This document shows, in pieces, positions 8,816 through 18,231 of a stretch of DNA of 64,000 nt; the first letter of the stretch is position 1; the number at the start of each line of letters is the position of its first letter. The stretch covers positions 1-64,000 of IMG/VR virus record IMGVR_UViG_3300043446_003867; one strand, 5' to 3'. A program made the position numbers and the translations under genes. This stretch comes from a virus. The notes under the pieces were generated by a model. That model was not told the origin of the DNA, did no database searches, and was given only the letters and a program-made list of their open reading frames with translations.

Positions 8816-11316
8816 CCAAGATTCTGCAAGCGCATGCCGATCGCGATACGGGCGCGATCACGTACTACACCCGCGACGGCGCTCGCGTGCGCAAGCATCG
8901 GACGCCGGGGCAGTGGATCTCCTACTTGAAGGCGGAAGACGTCACCGAGGGGCTTCAGCGGATGCTGCGGAACTCGCAGCACGTTCGCGGGATGCGGCGC
9001 GAGGGCGAATGGTACGCGCTCAGCTGGGCGTCGCACGCGGCGCGCGAGGCGTCGTGCGACCCGAAAGAGGGTTGGTTCCGAAAGCAGGGCATCGACACGT
9101 TTGAGGCGGACGTTCCTCCGCTTCGGCGGTGGCTCGCGGATAACGCGATCGAGATCGAGCGTCCGCGGCGTTGTTACCTCGACATCGAAACCTGCGCGCG
9201 GCATCCGATGAGCGAGAAGGAAAAGCAGCGCATCCTGACTTGGACCGTCATGGACGACGACGGGAACGCGCGGCAGGGGTGTCTCAGTGCGGATGATGAT
9301 GCGTCGGAGCGCGCGCTCCTCGCGGACTTGTGGAGCACGTTCGAGGGGTTCGATCAGATCCTCGCCTGGAACGGAGATGGCTTCGACTTCCCGATGATTT
9401 TTTCGAGGTCGGCGCTGCATCGCATCACGGTCGATGCGCGGCGGTGGCTCTGGCTCGACCATCTGGAGCTATTCCGGCGGATGAACACCGCGGCGGAGTC
9501 GGGCGACGAGAAGCAATCGCTCGCGCTCCAGGCGGTCAGCATGAGCGTGCTCCGCGAAGGCAAGATGGAAGGGGTCGGCTACAAGCAGATCTTTCCGTAT
9601 TGGCAAGCTGGGGGCGAGAAGCAGCGATTGCTGCTTCAGTACAACCGCCACGACGTCGACCTGATGCGACGCATCGAGGCGAAAACCGGATACGTCGATC
9701 TGCTGCAAACTCTTGTCGAGGTGACGGGGGTGTTCGGGGATACGCATGGGATCTCACCGATGCCGCAGGTTGAGCAGTACATGCTCCGGCTCGGGAAAGA
9801 GCGTGGCGTTCATTTTCAAACGAGGCAGCGGCACGAGGAACAGAGTCAGTTCGCGGGCGCGTTCGTTATGGAACCGACTGCGCGGGGCATCGCGAGGAAC
9901 GTTCACGTCTGCGACTTCAGCAGCATGTACCCGTCGATCATCTTGACCTGGAACATGAGTCCCGAGACGTTCCGCGGGCTACGAAAGGCGGAACCGCAGC
10001 CCGTCTATTTGCGACACCTGCCCAATCCACCGCCTCCGCGACCCGACGACGTGTGCGAGACGGCAGGCATGATGATGTTCGCGAAGGAGCCGCGAGGATT
10101 GCTGGCGGAGGCGCTGGAGCAGATGCTTGCGATGCGCAAGCAGTGGAACGACGCGAAGTCGGCGCTCCCGCCGGGCACGACGGAGTGGGTGGACGCGGAT
10201 CGCCGATCGACAGCCTACAAGGTCGCGGCAAACTCTTTCTTCGGCGTTGTCGGCGCTCCGGTGTCGCGGCTCTACGTGCGTGAAGTAGCGAGCAGCATCA
10301 CGGGAACGGGCGTGTGGTTGATTCGCAAGACGATCGAGCTAGCGCAGGAGCGCGGCTTGGAGGCGATCTACGGCGACACCGACTCGTGCTTCGTGCGCGG
10401 ATGCAACGCGCAGGGGTTCGCAGACTTTGTGGCGGAGTGTAACCAGAAGCTCTACCCGCGCTTGGTTGTCGAGCAGGGCTGCGACGAGTCGCGAAACAGG
10501 ATCAAACTTGCATACGAAAAAGAGTTTGAGCGCGTCGTTTTCGTGTCAGCAAAGCGGTATGCGGGGCGTTATGCCCATTACAAGGGCGCGCCGGCAAACG
10601 AGCACTCGAAACCCGAGGTGAAGGGCTTGGAGTACAAGCGCGGTGATGGAACGCGTCTCGCGCGACGCCTACAAGCGGAAGCGATCGAACTCCTCATGGG
10701 CGGCGGTGTCGAAGTGCCGGCGGGCCTCGGAGAGCCATCACGGAAAACGCTGCGGCGCGAGGAATGCGCGGAGACGGCGGAAGCGTTCACGGAGTTGCTT
10801 ACGCGTTACCGCGAGGCGATTTTTAGCGAGGCACCGCTCGATCTCGACGACGTCGTGCAAACGAAGAAGATCGCAAAGGGGCTTCACGAGTACGCCAGCA
10901 AGATGAAGAAAGACGGGACGGAGGCGGCGCAGCCTCCTCACATCCGTGTCGCCAAGATCTTGCGCGAACGCGGCGAGGACGTGCGCGAAGGAACGCGCAT
11001 CGCATACGTAGTCGTCGACGGCTCCACCGCACCGGCAACGGTGATACCCGCAAGCGATTGGGTCGGCGAGTGCGATAGGTTCGAACTATGGGATGCGGTG
11101 ACGGCGCCGACGCTTCGGTTGCTGGAGGCGGCGTTTCCTGCGGTCGACTGGCAAACCCCGTGGACGATTCGTCGTCCGCGCAAACAAGCGGTGAAGGCGG
11201 CGATCGGGGCGAAGGCGACTGCGCGACAAGCGGAGAGCGAGGGGCGTGTGAAAAAGCGCGCGAAGCCGGACAACGGCCCTCTTTTTTCGCTGAAGGACGC
11301 GAAGTCGCGTCATTGA
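8812..11316 (+). CDS. polB: family B DNA polymerase with 3'-5' exonuclease
   Basis: ExoI DIET, ExoII WNGDGFD, ExoIII YNRHD; DFSSMYPS, KVAANSFFG and YGDTDS motifs. Confidence 0.95.
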   Translation: MTKILQAHADRDTGAITYYTRDGARVRKHRTPGQWISYLKAEDVTEGLQRMLRNSQHVRGMRREGEWYALSWASHAAREASCDPKEGWFRKQGIDTFEADVPPLRRWLADNAIEIERPRRCYLDIETCARHPMSEKEKQRILTWTVMDDDGNARQGCLSADDDASERALLADLWSTFEGFDQILAWNGDGFDFPMIFSRSALHRITVDARRWLWLDHLELFRRMNTAAESGDEKQSLALQAVSMSVLREGKMEGVGYKQIFPYWQAGGEKQRLLLQYNRHDVDLMRRIEAKTGYVDLLQTLVEVTGVFGDTHGISPMPQVEQYMLRLGKERGVHFQTRQRHEEQSQFAGAFVMEPTARGIARNVHVCDFSSMYPSIILTWNMSPETFRGLRKAEPQPVYLRHLPNPPPPRPDDVCETAGMMMFAKEPRGLLAEALEQMLAMRKQWNDAKSALPPGTTEWVDADRRSTAYKVAANSFFGVVGAPVSRLYVREVASSITGTGVWLIRKTIELAQERGLEAIYGDTDSCFVRGCNAQGFADFVAECNQKLYPRLVVEQGCDESRNRIKLAYEKEFERVVFVSAKRYAGRYAHYKGAPANEHSKPEVKGLEYKRGDGTRLARRLQAEAIELLMGGGVEVPAGLGEPSRKTLRREECAETAEAFTELLTRYREAIFSEAPLDLDDVVQTKKIAKGLHEYASKMKKDGTEAAQPPHIRVAKILRERGEDVREGTRIAYVVVDGSTAPATVIPASDWVGECDRFELWDAVTAPTLRLLEAAFPAVDWQTPWTIRRPRKQAVKAAIGAKATARQAESEGRVKKRAKPDNGPLFSLKDAKSRH

Positions 11317-11334
11317 CGCACCGGAGGTGCCCCT

Positions 11335-11889
11335 ATGGGACGACGAGTGATGCAAGAAGCGGTGGAGGCGCAGCCGGCATCGGCGGTGCGTGGCGACGAG
11401 ATCGATACGAGCGGGCCGAAGCTCGCGGCAGGCTACGAGCGGATTCAGGACCGGATCTTCAGCCTGCCCGATCCGGAGGCGGAATACGCGGAATTGCAGG
11501 CCGGGTTGCAGGTCGGCAACCAGCAGTTCGACAGCATCTTCTCGGCACTCGATCGGGCGGAGGACAACGCGCGCCGGGCGCATCGGCTCTACATCTGCGC
11601 GCGTGTCGACGCTGAGCGTTTCGCTCTCGACGCCGACGTGACGGAGGGCGGGCTTTGGGCGGCGGCGAACGCCGACCTGCAACGCGAGAAGGACTCCGGA
11701 GCGCGGACGAAGCAGATCACCGATGCGGACGTGCGCGCGCGGATTGCGTCGATGTTCCCCGATCAGTGGACCGAACTCCAACAGCGCCGAATCAAGGCGC
11801 GCAAGACGGTCGAGCATCTGGAACGATTCGCCGATCTTGCGAAGACGCGATGCTTCTCCCTCGCGAATATGCTCGCAACGAAGCGATAA
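11335..11889 (+). CDS. helical protein, possible UvsY-like recombination mediator
   Basis: SD GGAGG; coiled-coil; located before SSB-like and recA genes (function inferred). Confidence 0.45.
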   Translation: MGRRVMQEAVEAQPASAVRGDEIDTSGPKLAAGYERIQDRIFSLPDPEAEYAELQAGLQVGNQQFDSIFSALDRAEDNARRAHRLYICARVDAERFALDADVTEGGLWAAANADLQREKDSGARTKQITDADVRARIASMFPDQWTELQQRRIKARKTVEHLERFADLAKTRCFSLANMLATKR

Positions 11890-11961
11890 CGAATCCCCTG
11901 GGCCGACTGAGCGGATCAACGCGAAGCGGTCAATCAACCCCTAATCAACACTGGAACACAC

Positions 11962-13230
11962 ATGGATCTCGACGCATTCCTTGGACACAAAACCTCGACG
12001 CGTAGCGGCGGGTCGACCAAGACCATCAACTGGAAGAAGCGAAAGCCCTCGGAAATCAACGTTTGGCTGCACACGAAGGCTCCATACGTCGCGCTGTGGC
12101 GGCACGGTTGGCAACGGGTCGTCGAGCGCGAAGTGGACGGGGAGAAGACCCGCGACGTGTGGGGGTCGCCGTGGAACTGTTGGGAAGGTGAGGAAGTGCT
12201 CGCTGCGAAGGGGCGCGACGCGGACGGGCGGCGCAAGGTCCAACCGAAGATTTGCCCGATGTGCCGAGCGATTGAGTACGTGCGCAACTCGATCATCGAC
12301 GGGAAGCTCGATTGGCTTGAGCCGGTCTTCGCGTTCGAGGGCGACGATCCCAGCAAGCGGGTCGTGTTGACGGCGGTTGGTTTCGCGAACGCGTGGCCGA
12401 AGGAGCTGACCCGGCAACAGAAGATCGACTTGCAAAAGGCGGGAATCCGCTTGAATGAGTCGTGGAAGCAAAACTGCGCTGCGAAGTGCAATTACGTCTT
12501 CACGATCGTCGACAACGACGAACCGGAGGCGGGTGTGCAGATCGCGGTGGAAACGACGGCGCTAGGCGACGCGTTGAAGCGAGTGATCAATGACCGTGTG
12601 AAGGATCTTGGAACGACGGACGGCGACCCGAAAAAAAAGCCGTTCTGCATCGGATGGGAATACGACGCCAACGCGGTCAAGTTCGATGACAAGTATCGCG
12701 CGCGTATCGTGTCGCGCCACAAGTTGACGGACGAGATCGACGAGCTGATCACGGGCGACGCGCCCGATCTCTCGCAGATCATTGAGCGCGGAAACCTCGC
12801 GGCGCTTCGCACGTCGATGGAAGCGCACGCGCTTATCGATCTTCCATGGGATGAGATCTTTGGACCGGCGGAACGCGCGGCGGGGGGTAACGCGCCGCGT
12901 GCGCGTTCGGAGGAACCGGCGATGAGGGCGAAGGAAAGCGCGCCTGAGACGGCGAAGGAACCGCCAGCGCGTCGTACGCGTGCGGCTGCGAAGGAGGAGC
13001 CGAAACAGCCGGTCTATCCGCCGGGCACCGAAACGCTGCCGTGCGACAAGTGCGGAGCGATTATGGCCGACTACGAGGATACGTGCTGGAAGTGCGGGGC
13101 GAAGTACGAACTGGACGACGAGCCGGAGGAAACGCCGCCGCCGAAGGCCGCTTCGAAGCCGAAGGCGGAGGCGAAGCCTGCGCAGAAGTGGGCGGGCGAG
13201 TCGGACGAAGACGACCAGTTGGGGTGGTGA
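11962..13230 (+). CDS. putative ssDNA-binding protein
   Basis: CPMC motif, low-complexity linker, C4 ribbon, acidic aromatic tail ESDEDDQLGW; directly upstream of recA. Confidence 0.55.
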   Translation: MDLDAFLGHKTSTRSGGSTKTINWKKRKPSEINVWLHTKAPYVALWRHGWQRVVEREVDGEKTRDVWGSPWNCWEGEEVLAAKGRDADGRRKVQPKICPMCRAIEYVRNSIIDGKLDWLEPVFAFEGDDPSKRVVLTAVGFANAWPKELTRQQKIDLQKAGIRLNESWKQNCAAKCNYVFTIVDNDEPEAGVQIAVETTALGDALKRVINDRVKDLGTTDGDPKKKPFCIGWEYDANAVKFDDKYRARIVSRHKLTDEIDELITGDAPDLSQIIERGNLAALRTSMEAHALIDLPWDEIFGPAERAAGGNAPRARSEEPAMRAKESAPETAKEPPARRTRAAAKEEPKQPVYPPGTETLPCDKCGAIMADYEDTCWKCGAKYELDDEPEETPPPKAASKPKAEAKPAQKWAGESDEDDQLGW

Positions 13231-13233
13231 TCT

Positions 13234-14403
13234 ATGCCGCGCAAAAAGGCAGTAGAGGCGACTCCGGAACAGAAGTCGGTCAACGATCGGCTTGAGCGCA
13301 TGGCGGCGGTGGCGGAACGCTTCGCGTCGTTCCGTCCCGCTCCCGAGGTGCTGACGCGCGTTCGATCAGTACCGACACAGTTCATTCAGGTGGACCGCGC
13401 GACCCGCGTGGACGGTTGGCCGATCGAACGCATCGCGACGGTGCACGGACCGAGCAACCACGGCAAGACGACGTTCTGCCACGGGCTCGGACTTAGCTTC
13501 CTCGACCGCGGCCATTTTTATGGCTTCGTCGACGCGGAGTATACGACGCCGGAGCGATGGCTCGCGGAGTTGATGGGCGCGAAGGCGAGCCATCCTGGCT
13601 TCGTCGCGATGCGCCCGACCAGCTTTGAACAGACGGTGGACGGCGTGCGGCAGTTCGTCGAGACGATCGGCGAAGCGCGCGACAAGGGTGAGCTTGAGGC
13701 GGATACGAGCGCGATCCTGGTCGTCGATTCGATCCGTAAGCTCGTACCCGATCGCCTGATTGAAAAGATCGCGAAGGAGGGTGCTGGAGGCAAGAATGGC
13801 AGCGTCGACGGTATGGGCGGACGCGCGGCGATGTACAAGGCGGCGCTTCAATCCCAGTGGCTCGACGAACTCGTGCCTCTCCTCGCGAAGACTGGGACTG
13901 CGATGGTGATCATCGCGCGCGAAGCGGACGACCCGAATGCGAGTGCGCGCGACCATCAATTCGATGCGGCGTGGAAGGTTCAGGGTAGCAAGAGCCTGAT
14001 CTACGACGCTTCACTGGTGATCCGCATCACGCGTGACGGATGGATTCGCGAGGGGTCGCGTGAGGAAGGCGTCATCGTGGGCGAGCGGCATCGGGCGCGT
14101 GTGTGGAAAACCAAGGTCGGTGGCAAAGACAACCGCCACGTCGATGCGTATTTTCACACAGCAAACGGCGTCGATGGGCATGTGGGGTTCGATCGTGTTC
14201 GTGACGTGATCGAAGTCGCGAAAGACTTCGGCATCGTCGAACAAAAAGGCGCGTGGTTGTCGTACGGCGACAAGAAGTGGCAGGGCGACCGAAAGGTGAT
14301 TGACGCGCTACGAGCGGATCCGGGGATGCTCGGAGAGGTGGAGACGGCGGCGCGGGCGATGTTCAACGACAAGCCGTTGGACGAGGTCGAAGAAGACGCC
14401 TGA
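13234..14403 (+). CDS. recA: RecA/UvsX recombinase
   Basis: GPSNHGKTT, FVDAE, VVDSI, KTKV and GAWLSY motifs. Confidence 0.93.
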   Translation: MPRKKAVEATPEQKSVNDRLERMAAVAERFASFRPAPEVLTRVRSVPTQFIQVDRATRVDGWPIERIATVHGPSNHGKTTFCHGLGLSFLDRGHFYGFVDAEYTTPERWLAELMGAKASHPGFVAMRPTSFEQTVDGVRQFVETIGEARDKGELEADTSAILVVDSIRKLVPDRLIEKIAKEGAGGKNGSVDGMGGRAAMYKAALQSQWLDELVPLLAKTGTAMVIIAREADDPNASARDHQFDAAWKVQGSKSLIYDASLVIRITRDGWIREGSREEGVIVGERHRARVWKTKVGGKDNRHVDAYFHTANGVDGHVGFDRVRDVIEVAKDFGIVEQKGAWLSYGDKKWQGDRKVIDALRADPGMLGEVETAARAMFNDKPLDEVEEDA

Positions 14404-14411
14404 ACGACAAC

Positions 14412-14442
14412 GACCACCCTCGACTGCTCGGGGGTGGTCTTT
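14412..14442 (+). terminator. intrinsic terminator after recA
   Basis: GACCACCCTCGA-CTGC-TCGGGGGTGGTC followed by TTT. Confidence 0.7.
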
Positions 14443-14464
14443 GACTTGATCGGATGAAAGTACG

Positions 14465-15136
14465 ATGAACAAGCGTGGAGTCAAAAAGCCGGCCAACGTG
14501 ACGTTGGAGCATGTACCGGTCGATAAGCTCGTGGCGTATGCGCGCAACAGCAGGACGCATTCGCCAAAGCAGGTCGATCAGATTGCAAAGAGCATCGAGA
14601 CGTTCGGGTTCTTGAATCCGGTGCTGATCACGGCGACGGATGAGATCATTGCAGGACACGGTCGCGTCATGGCTGCGAAGCAGTTGGAACGTGAGACGGT
14701 GCCCTGCATTCGAGTGGAGCACCTGACCGAGTCACAGCGGCGGGCGTACATCATCGCGGATAACAAACTCGCGATGAACTCGGACTGGGACGAGAGTCGA
14801 CTGGCTGCGGAACTCGGTGAGCTTCGTTCCGAGATTGATCTATCGCTGCTCGGATTCACGGATTCCGAGATCGACGAGATCACTGATCTGCTGAACGATG
14901 CGGAACTGGAGCGGAGCGAAGAAGAGTCGCGGACGTTGCCGGCGGCGATCCAACTCGAACCGGCGCGGGAATACGCAGTCATCATGTGCGAGACGGCGGA
15001 GGAGTGGGAGGCGCTGAAGGTGGCGCTGAAGCTGACGCCGGTTCGGCGCGGCGGGTATCGCGAGGGGTCGCCGTTCGATGCGGTGGGAACGCAGCGCGTG
15101 GTCAAGGCGGCGTCGGTGCTGGAGTTGATCAAATGA
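14465..15136 (+). CDS. ParB/Srx N-terminal domain protein
   Basis: YARNSRTH, FGFLNPVLI, IIAGHGR, YIIADNKL motifs. Confidence 0.9.
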   Translation: MNKRGVKKPANVTLEHVPVDKLVAYARNSRTHSPKQVDQIAKSIETFGFLNPVLITATDEIIAGHGRVMAAKQLERETVPCIRVEHLTESQRRAYIIADNKLAMNSDWDESRLAAELGELRSEIDLSLLGFTDSEIDEITDLLNDAELERSEEESRTLPAAIQLEPAREYAVIMCETAEEWEALKVALKLTPVRRGGYREGSPFDAVGTQRVVKAASVLELIK

Positions 15137-15849
15137 TCATCGCGGTGCCGAGCAAAGGGAGGGCGGGGAACGTTCGTACGTTGAAACTGTTGCCGAACGC
15201 GACGCTGTTCGTGCCCGCGCTGGAGGCGGACAGCTATCGGGTTGGTGGTGCGGCGAATGTTGTGGCGGTCCCGGATACGGTTCGCGGCATTACGCGGACG
15301 CGTAACTGGATCCTGGACAACGTTGACGATCGACACGTCGTCATGATCGACGACGACTTGAAGATCGCCGGTTACATGAAGCTGTACGAGCACAACGCGA
15401 AGCAGAAGAAATTGACGGGTGATCAATGGATGGCGGAGTTCGCCAAGCTGTTCGAGATCACGGAGCAACTTCGCTATCGGATCTGGGGAGTCTCGACGGA
15501 TGGCGCGCTACGGTCGGTCTATACGTATCGACCGTTCCTTTGGCGCTCCTACGTGACGGCGTCGTGCATGGGCATTATCAACGACGGGCGCACGCGGTTC
15601 GATGAGTCGTTTCCGGTGAAGGAGGACTACGAGCTGAACCTCCGGTGCATCAAGGAAGACGGCGGGATCGTTGCGGCGCGGTACTTGTACTGGACGAACC
15701 ATCACTGGTCGACGGATGGCGGCTGTAAGGACTATCGAACGGTGCGCATGGAGCGTGAGTGCATCGCGCGACTCAAGCGGATGTATCCAGGCATGATCAC
15801 GGTTACGAAGCGCGCCAACGCCGAGTTCTGCATCGCGGTGACGGCGTGA
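15133..15849 (+). CDS. TAGT/GREB1-like GT-A glycosyltransferase (DNA base modification)
   Basis: IAVPSKGR, TRNWILD, MIDDD (DxD), KEDY and GGC motifs; ATGA-coupled to ParB. Confidence 0.75.
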   Translation: MIIAVPSKGRAGNVRTLKLLPNATLFVPALEADSYRVGGAANVVAVPDTVRGITRTRNWILDNVDDRHVVMIDDDLKIAGYMKLYEHNAKQKKLTGDQWMAEFAKLFEITEQLRYRIWGVSTDGALRSVYTYRPFLWRSYVTASCMGIINDGRTRFDESFPVKEDYELNLRCIKEDGGIVAARYLYWTNHHWSTDGGCKDYRTVRMERECIARLKRMYPGMITVTKRANAEFCIAVTA

Positions 15850-16214
15850 GCGGAAAGACGAAGAAGGTCCGGCAGGCGATCGCGCGGCTCAAGGGCATTC
15901 GCGACGAACTGCAATCGATTCTCGACGCGTTGGAGGAGGACGACGCGAAGCCGGTTTCGACCGGCTTCGTCGTCGTTCTCGAAGACTCGCCGTACCGCGT
16001 CACATCCTGGTCGAAGTCGATTTGGAAGAACCGCGACAGCGATCAGCGCAACTGGAGCGGCATTGACGCCTTTGGATTGCCGCACGTATTCGCGACCACC
16101 GAGGATGCGCAGCTGTGCGTTCGCGCGTGGCACGAAGTGACCGACAACGAGGGCGAGCCGCGCCAAAAGCTCCGCGTAATCCCGTACGATCCCGCCGCAT
16201 GGAACCATTTGTAA
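15846..16214 (+). CDS. hypothetical protein (GTG start)
   Basis: GTGA overlap. Confidence 0.55.
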   Translation: MSGKTKKVRQAIARLKGIRDELQSILDALEEDDAKPVSTGFVVVLEDSPYRVTSWSKSIWKNRDSDQRNWSGIDAFGLPHVFATTEDAQLCVRAWHEVTDNEGEPRQKLRVIPYDPAAWNHL

Positions 16215-16390
16215 GGATTGCTGAGCTAGAGGCAGAGAACGAAGTTCTCCGGGGGCGCGTCGCGAGGATGCGCGCCTGGATTGAACGCGCAACCGAACTG
16301 ATCGCCTTGCTCGGCGGTCAATCGACGTTCGACGCGCACAAGGCGCGCGTCATGGTCCGGGAGGGAATCAATGACACCGCACGAAGCTGA
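16199..16390 (+). CDS. small coiled-coil hypothetical
   Basis: fills the operon gap; RIAELEAENE. Confidence 0.45.
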   Translation: MEPFVRIAELEAENEVLRGRVARMRAWIERATELIALLGGQSTFDAHKARVMVREGINDTARS

Positions 16391-16694
16391 ACAAGAGATT
16401 GCTCGTTTGAAGGACGAGTACCGGAAGGTCGCGGCGATGCTGCTCGGCGAGATCCGCCGCACCGCGATGCTCCAGCGCGCAAGGCTCGGGGATCACGGGC
16501 TCGATCATCAATGGATCAGGCGAATCCTTGCAGAGCAGGCGAAGCCGGCGCCGCAAGGCATTCCGATGTACGCGGCGGAGCAACTGATCATCGCGTGGGC
16601 GGTCGGCGACATTCAGACGTTGCAGGAGTGGTGGTCGAACATGTTGGAAAAAGCAGAGGCGGAGAATCAGGCGATGGAGATGGCTGACCAATGA
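16371..16694 (+). CDS. hypothetical protein
   Basis: SD GGAGG, operon packing. Confidence 0.6.
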   Translation: MTPHEAEQEIARLKDEYRKVAAMLLGEIRRTAMLQRARLGDHGLDHQWIRRILAEQAKPAPQGIPMYAAEQLIIAWAVGDIQTLQEWWSNMLEKAEAENQAMEMADQ

Positions 16695-16879
16695 ACGCGC
16701 GCGTCATTCAGTTTGCGCAGGTCAAAACGTTGCGGGTGTGCCCGTGGTGCGACGCTCGACAGGAAACGAGCGATGACATGCCGGCGGTGCGGAAGTTCGA
16801 CCGGCAGCACCTCGCGTGCCGCGCGAAGGCGAAGCCGGTCGATTACACGGCGCGAAAGTACAGGCGAGGGGCTGAATGA
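16691..16879 (+). CDS. small Zn-finger protein
   Basis: CPWC...HLAC; ATGA overlaps. Confidence 0.55.
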   Translation: MNARVIQFAQVKTLRVCPWCDARQETSDDMPAVRKFDRQHLACRAKAKPVDYTARKYRRGAE

Positions 16880-17970
16880 AGATCTTGATCACGAGCGACT
16901 GGCATCTCGACGCGGTGACGGTGGGCGTTCGCCGATACGACGATATCGCCGCGGCGGTGGATTGGACGAGGGCGCTGGCCGAGGAGCACATGGTCGACCT
17001 GTACGCGTTCCTGGGCGATCTCTGCGATCCGGACGCCAACAGGGCGCCGCTCTGCGTAGCGAAGGCGATTGAGACGGCGTGCAAGCTGACGGGCGCGTTT
17101 ATCGCGAACCGATGGCTCGTCGGCAATCACGACGTGATCGAGGACGGTTCAGGTACGAGCACGATGACGCCCATCGCAGCGGCGGGAGAATGCCTGCGGG
17201 ATCGACCGTCGTTCGAGATGTTTCCCATGTCGGAGCCGTACACCGGCGCGATGCTCGTCTGGCTGCCGTTCACGCCGCGCTGCGCGACGTACGATCCCGC
17301 GGCGTACGTTCGATCGCTCCCGAACGACGCCGAACGCGTGATCGTGTTCGGACACCTGAATGTGCCGGGAGTCGTTCCGGCGTCGGAAACGCATGAGATG
17401 CCGCGAGGGCGCGACGTGTGGTTTCCGACGGATGCTATTCGAGAGCACTTCGGCGGGCGCGCGCTCTGCTTTAACGGTCACTATCATTCGACGAACGACG
17501 GTAAGAAAGTCGGCGTTGGCATCCCTGGTACGTTGGCGCGGTTGACGTTCGGTGAGCAGGACAACACGCCTGGGTGTCTGCTCGTCGATCTCGACAAAGG
17601 GTCGGCGGAGTTCATTCCGTACCCGCACGCGCGCAAGCTCGTGACGGTCGGTCCGGAGGAAAAGCTCTGGGCGGTGAAGAAACTCAAGTTTGACGCGGAT
17701 CCGTCGACCATCGTTCGACTTCAGCCCCCGGCGGATTGCTCGGATAGCAAGATCGATGAGGTGCGCGACTACCTTGCGTCTCGGGTGGCGGCGGTAAAGA
17801 CGATGCCAGCGCCGAAAGGCGGCGTGGCCGTCGTGACGGAGAAGATTGAGAAGACGCCGCGAGTAAGTACGCGCGGCGTCATAGAGGAGTTGCTAACCGC
17901 GCCGATGACGGCGGATCGCGACAAAGTTCGCGCCATTGTCGAAGCGTCAATGAATGAGGCAGGACTATGA
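16876..17970 (+). CDS. sbcD: SbcD/Mre11-like metallophosphoesterase nuclease
   Basis: SDWH, LGDL, GNHD, GHL and GHYH motifs. Confidence 0.9.
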   Translation: MKILITSDWHLDAVTVGVRRYDDIAAAVDWTRALAEEHMVDLYAFLGDLCDPDANRAPLCVAKAIETACKLTGAFIANRWLVGNHDVIEDGSGTSTMTPIAAAGECLRDRPSFEMFPMSEPYTGAMLVWLPFTPRCATYDPAAYVRSLPNDAERVIVFGHLNVPGVVPASETHEMPRGRDVWFPTDAIREHFGGRALCFNGHYHSTNDGKKVGVGIPGTLARLTFGEQDNTPGCLLVDLDKGSAEFIPYPHARKLVTVGPEEKLWAVKKLKFDADPSTIVRLQPPADCSDSKIDEVRDYLASRVAAVKTMPAPKGGVAVVTEKIEKTPRVSTRGVIEELLTAPMTADRDKVRAIVEASMNEAGL

Positions 17971-18230
17971 CCCCGGTAGAATTGGCAAGCGCGCTTAGGC
18001 ATGCGATGGCGACGCTCGACGACATCGCGCATGAGATGAATACGACCGGCACGGCGTGCGAGTGCTGCGGGATGATGCGTCGCGATAACTTCGATGACTG
18101 GCAAGCGCGGCAGGCGCTTGAGGGCGCGCATGGTCGTATCTCGAAGCTCTACGACAAACTGATGAACAACGAGTGGCAGGGGCGGCAGTTGGTCCCGGTC
18201 ACGCCAGCAAGCGAGATGCGAGGAAAATAG
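17967..18230 (+). CDS. hypothetical protein
   Basis: SD, ATGA overlap, CECC. Confidence 0.55.
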   Translation: MTPVELASALRHAMATLDDIAHEMNTTGTACECCGMMRRDNFDDWQARQALEGAHGRISKLYDKLMNNEWQGRQLVPVTPASEMRGK

Positions 18231-18231
18231 G

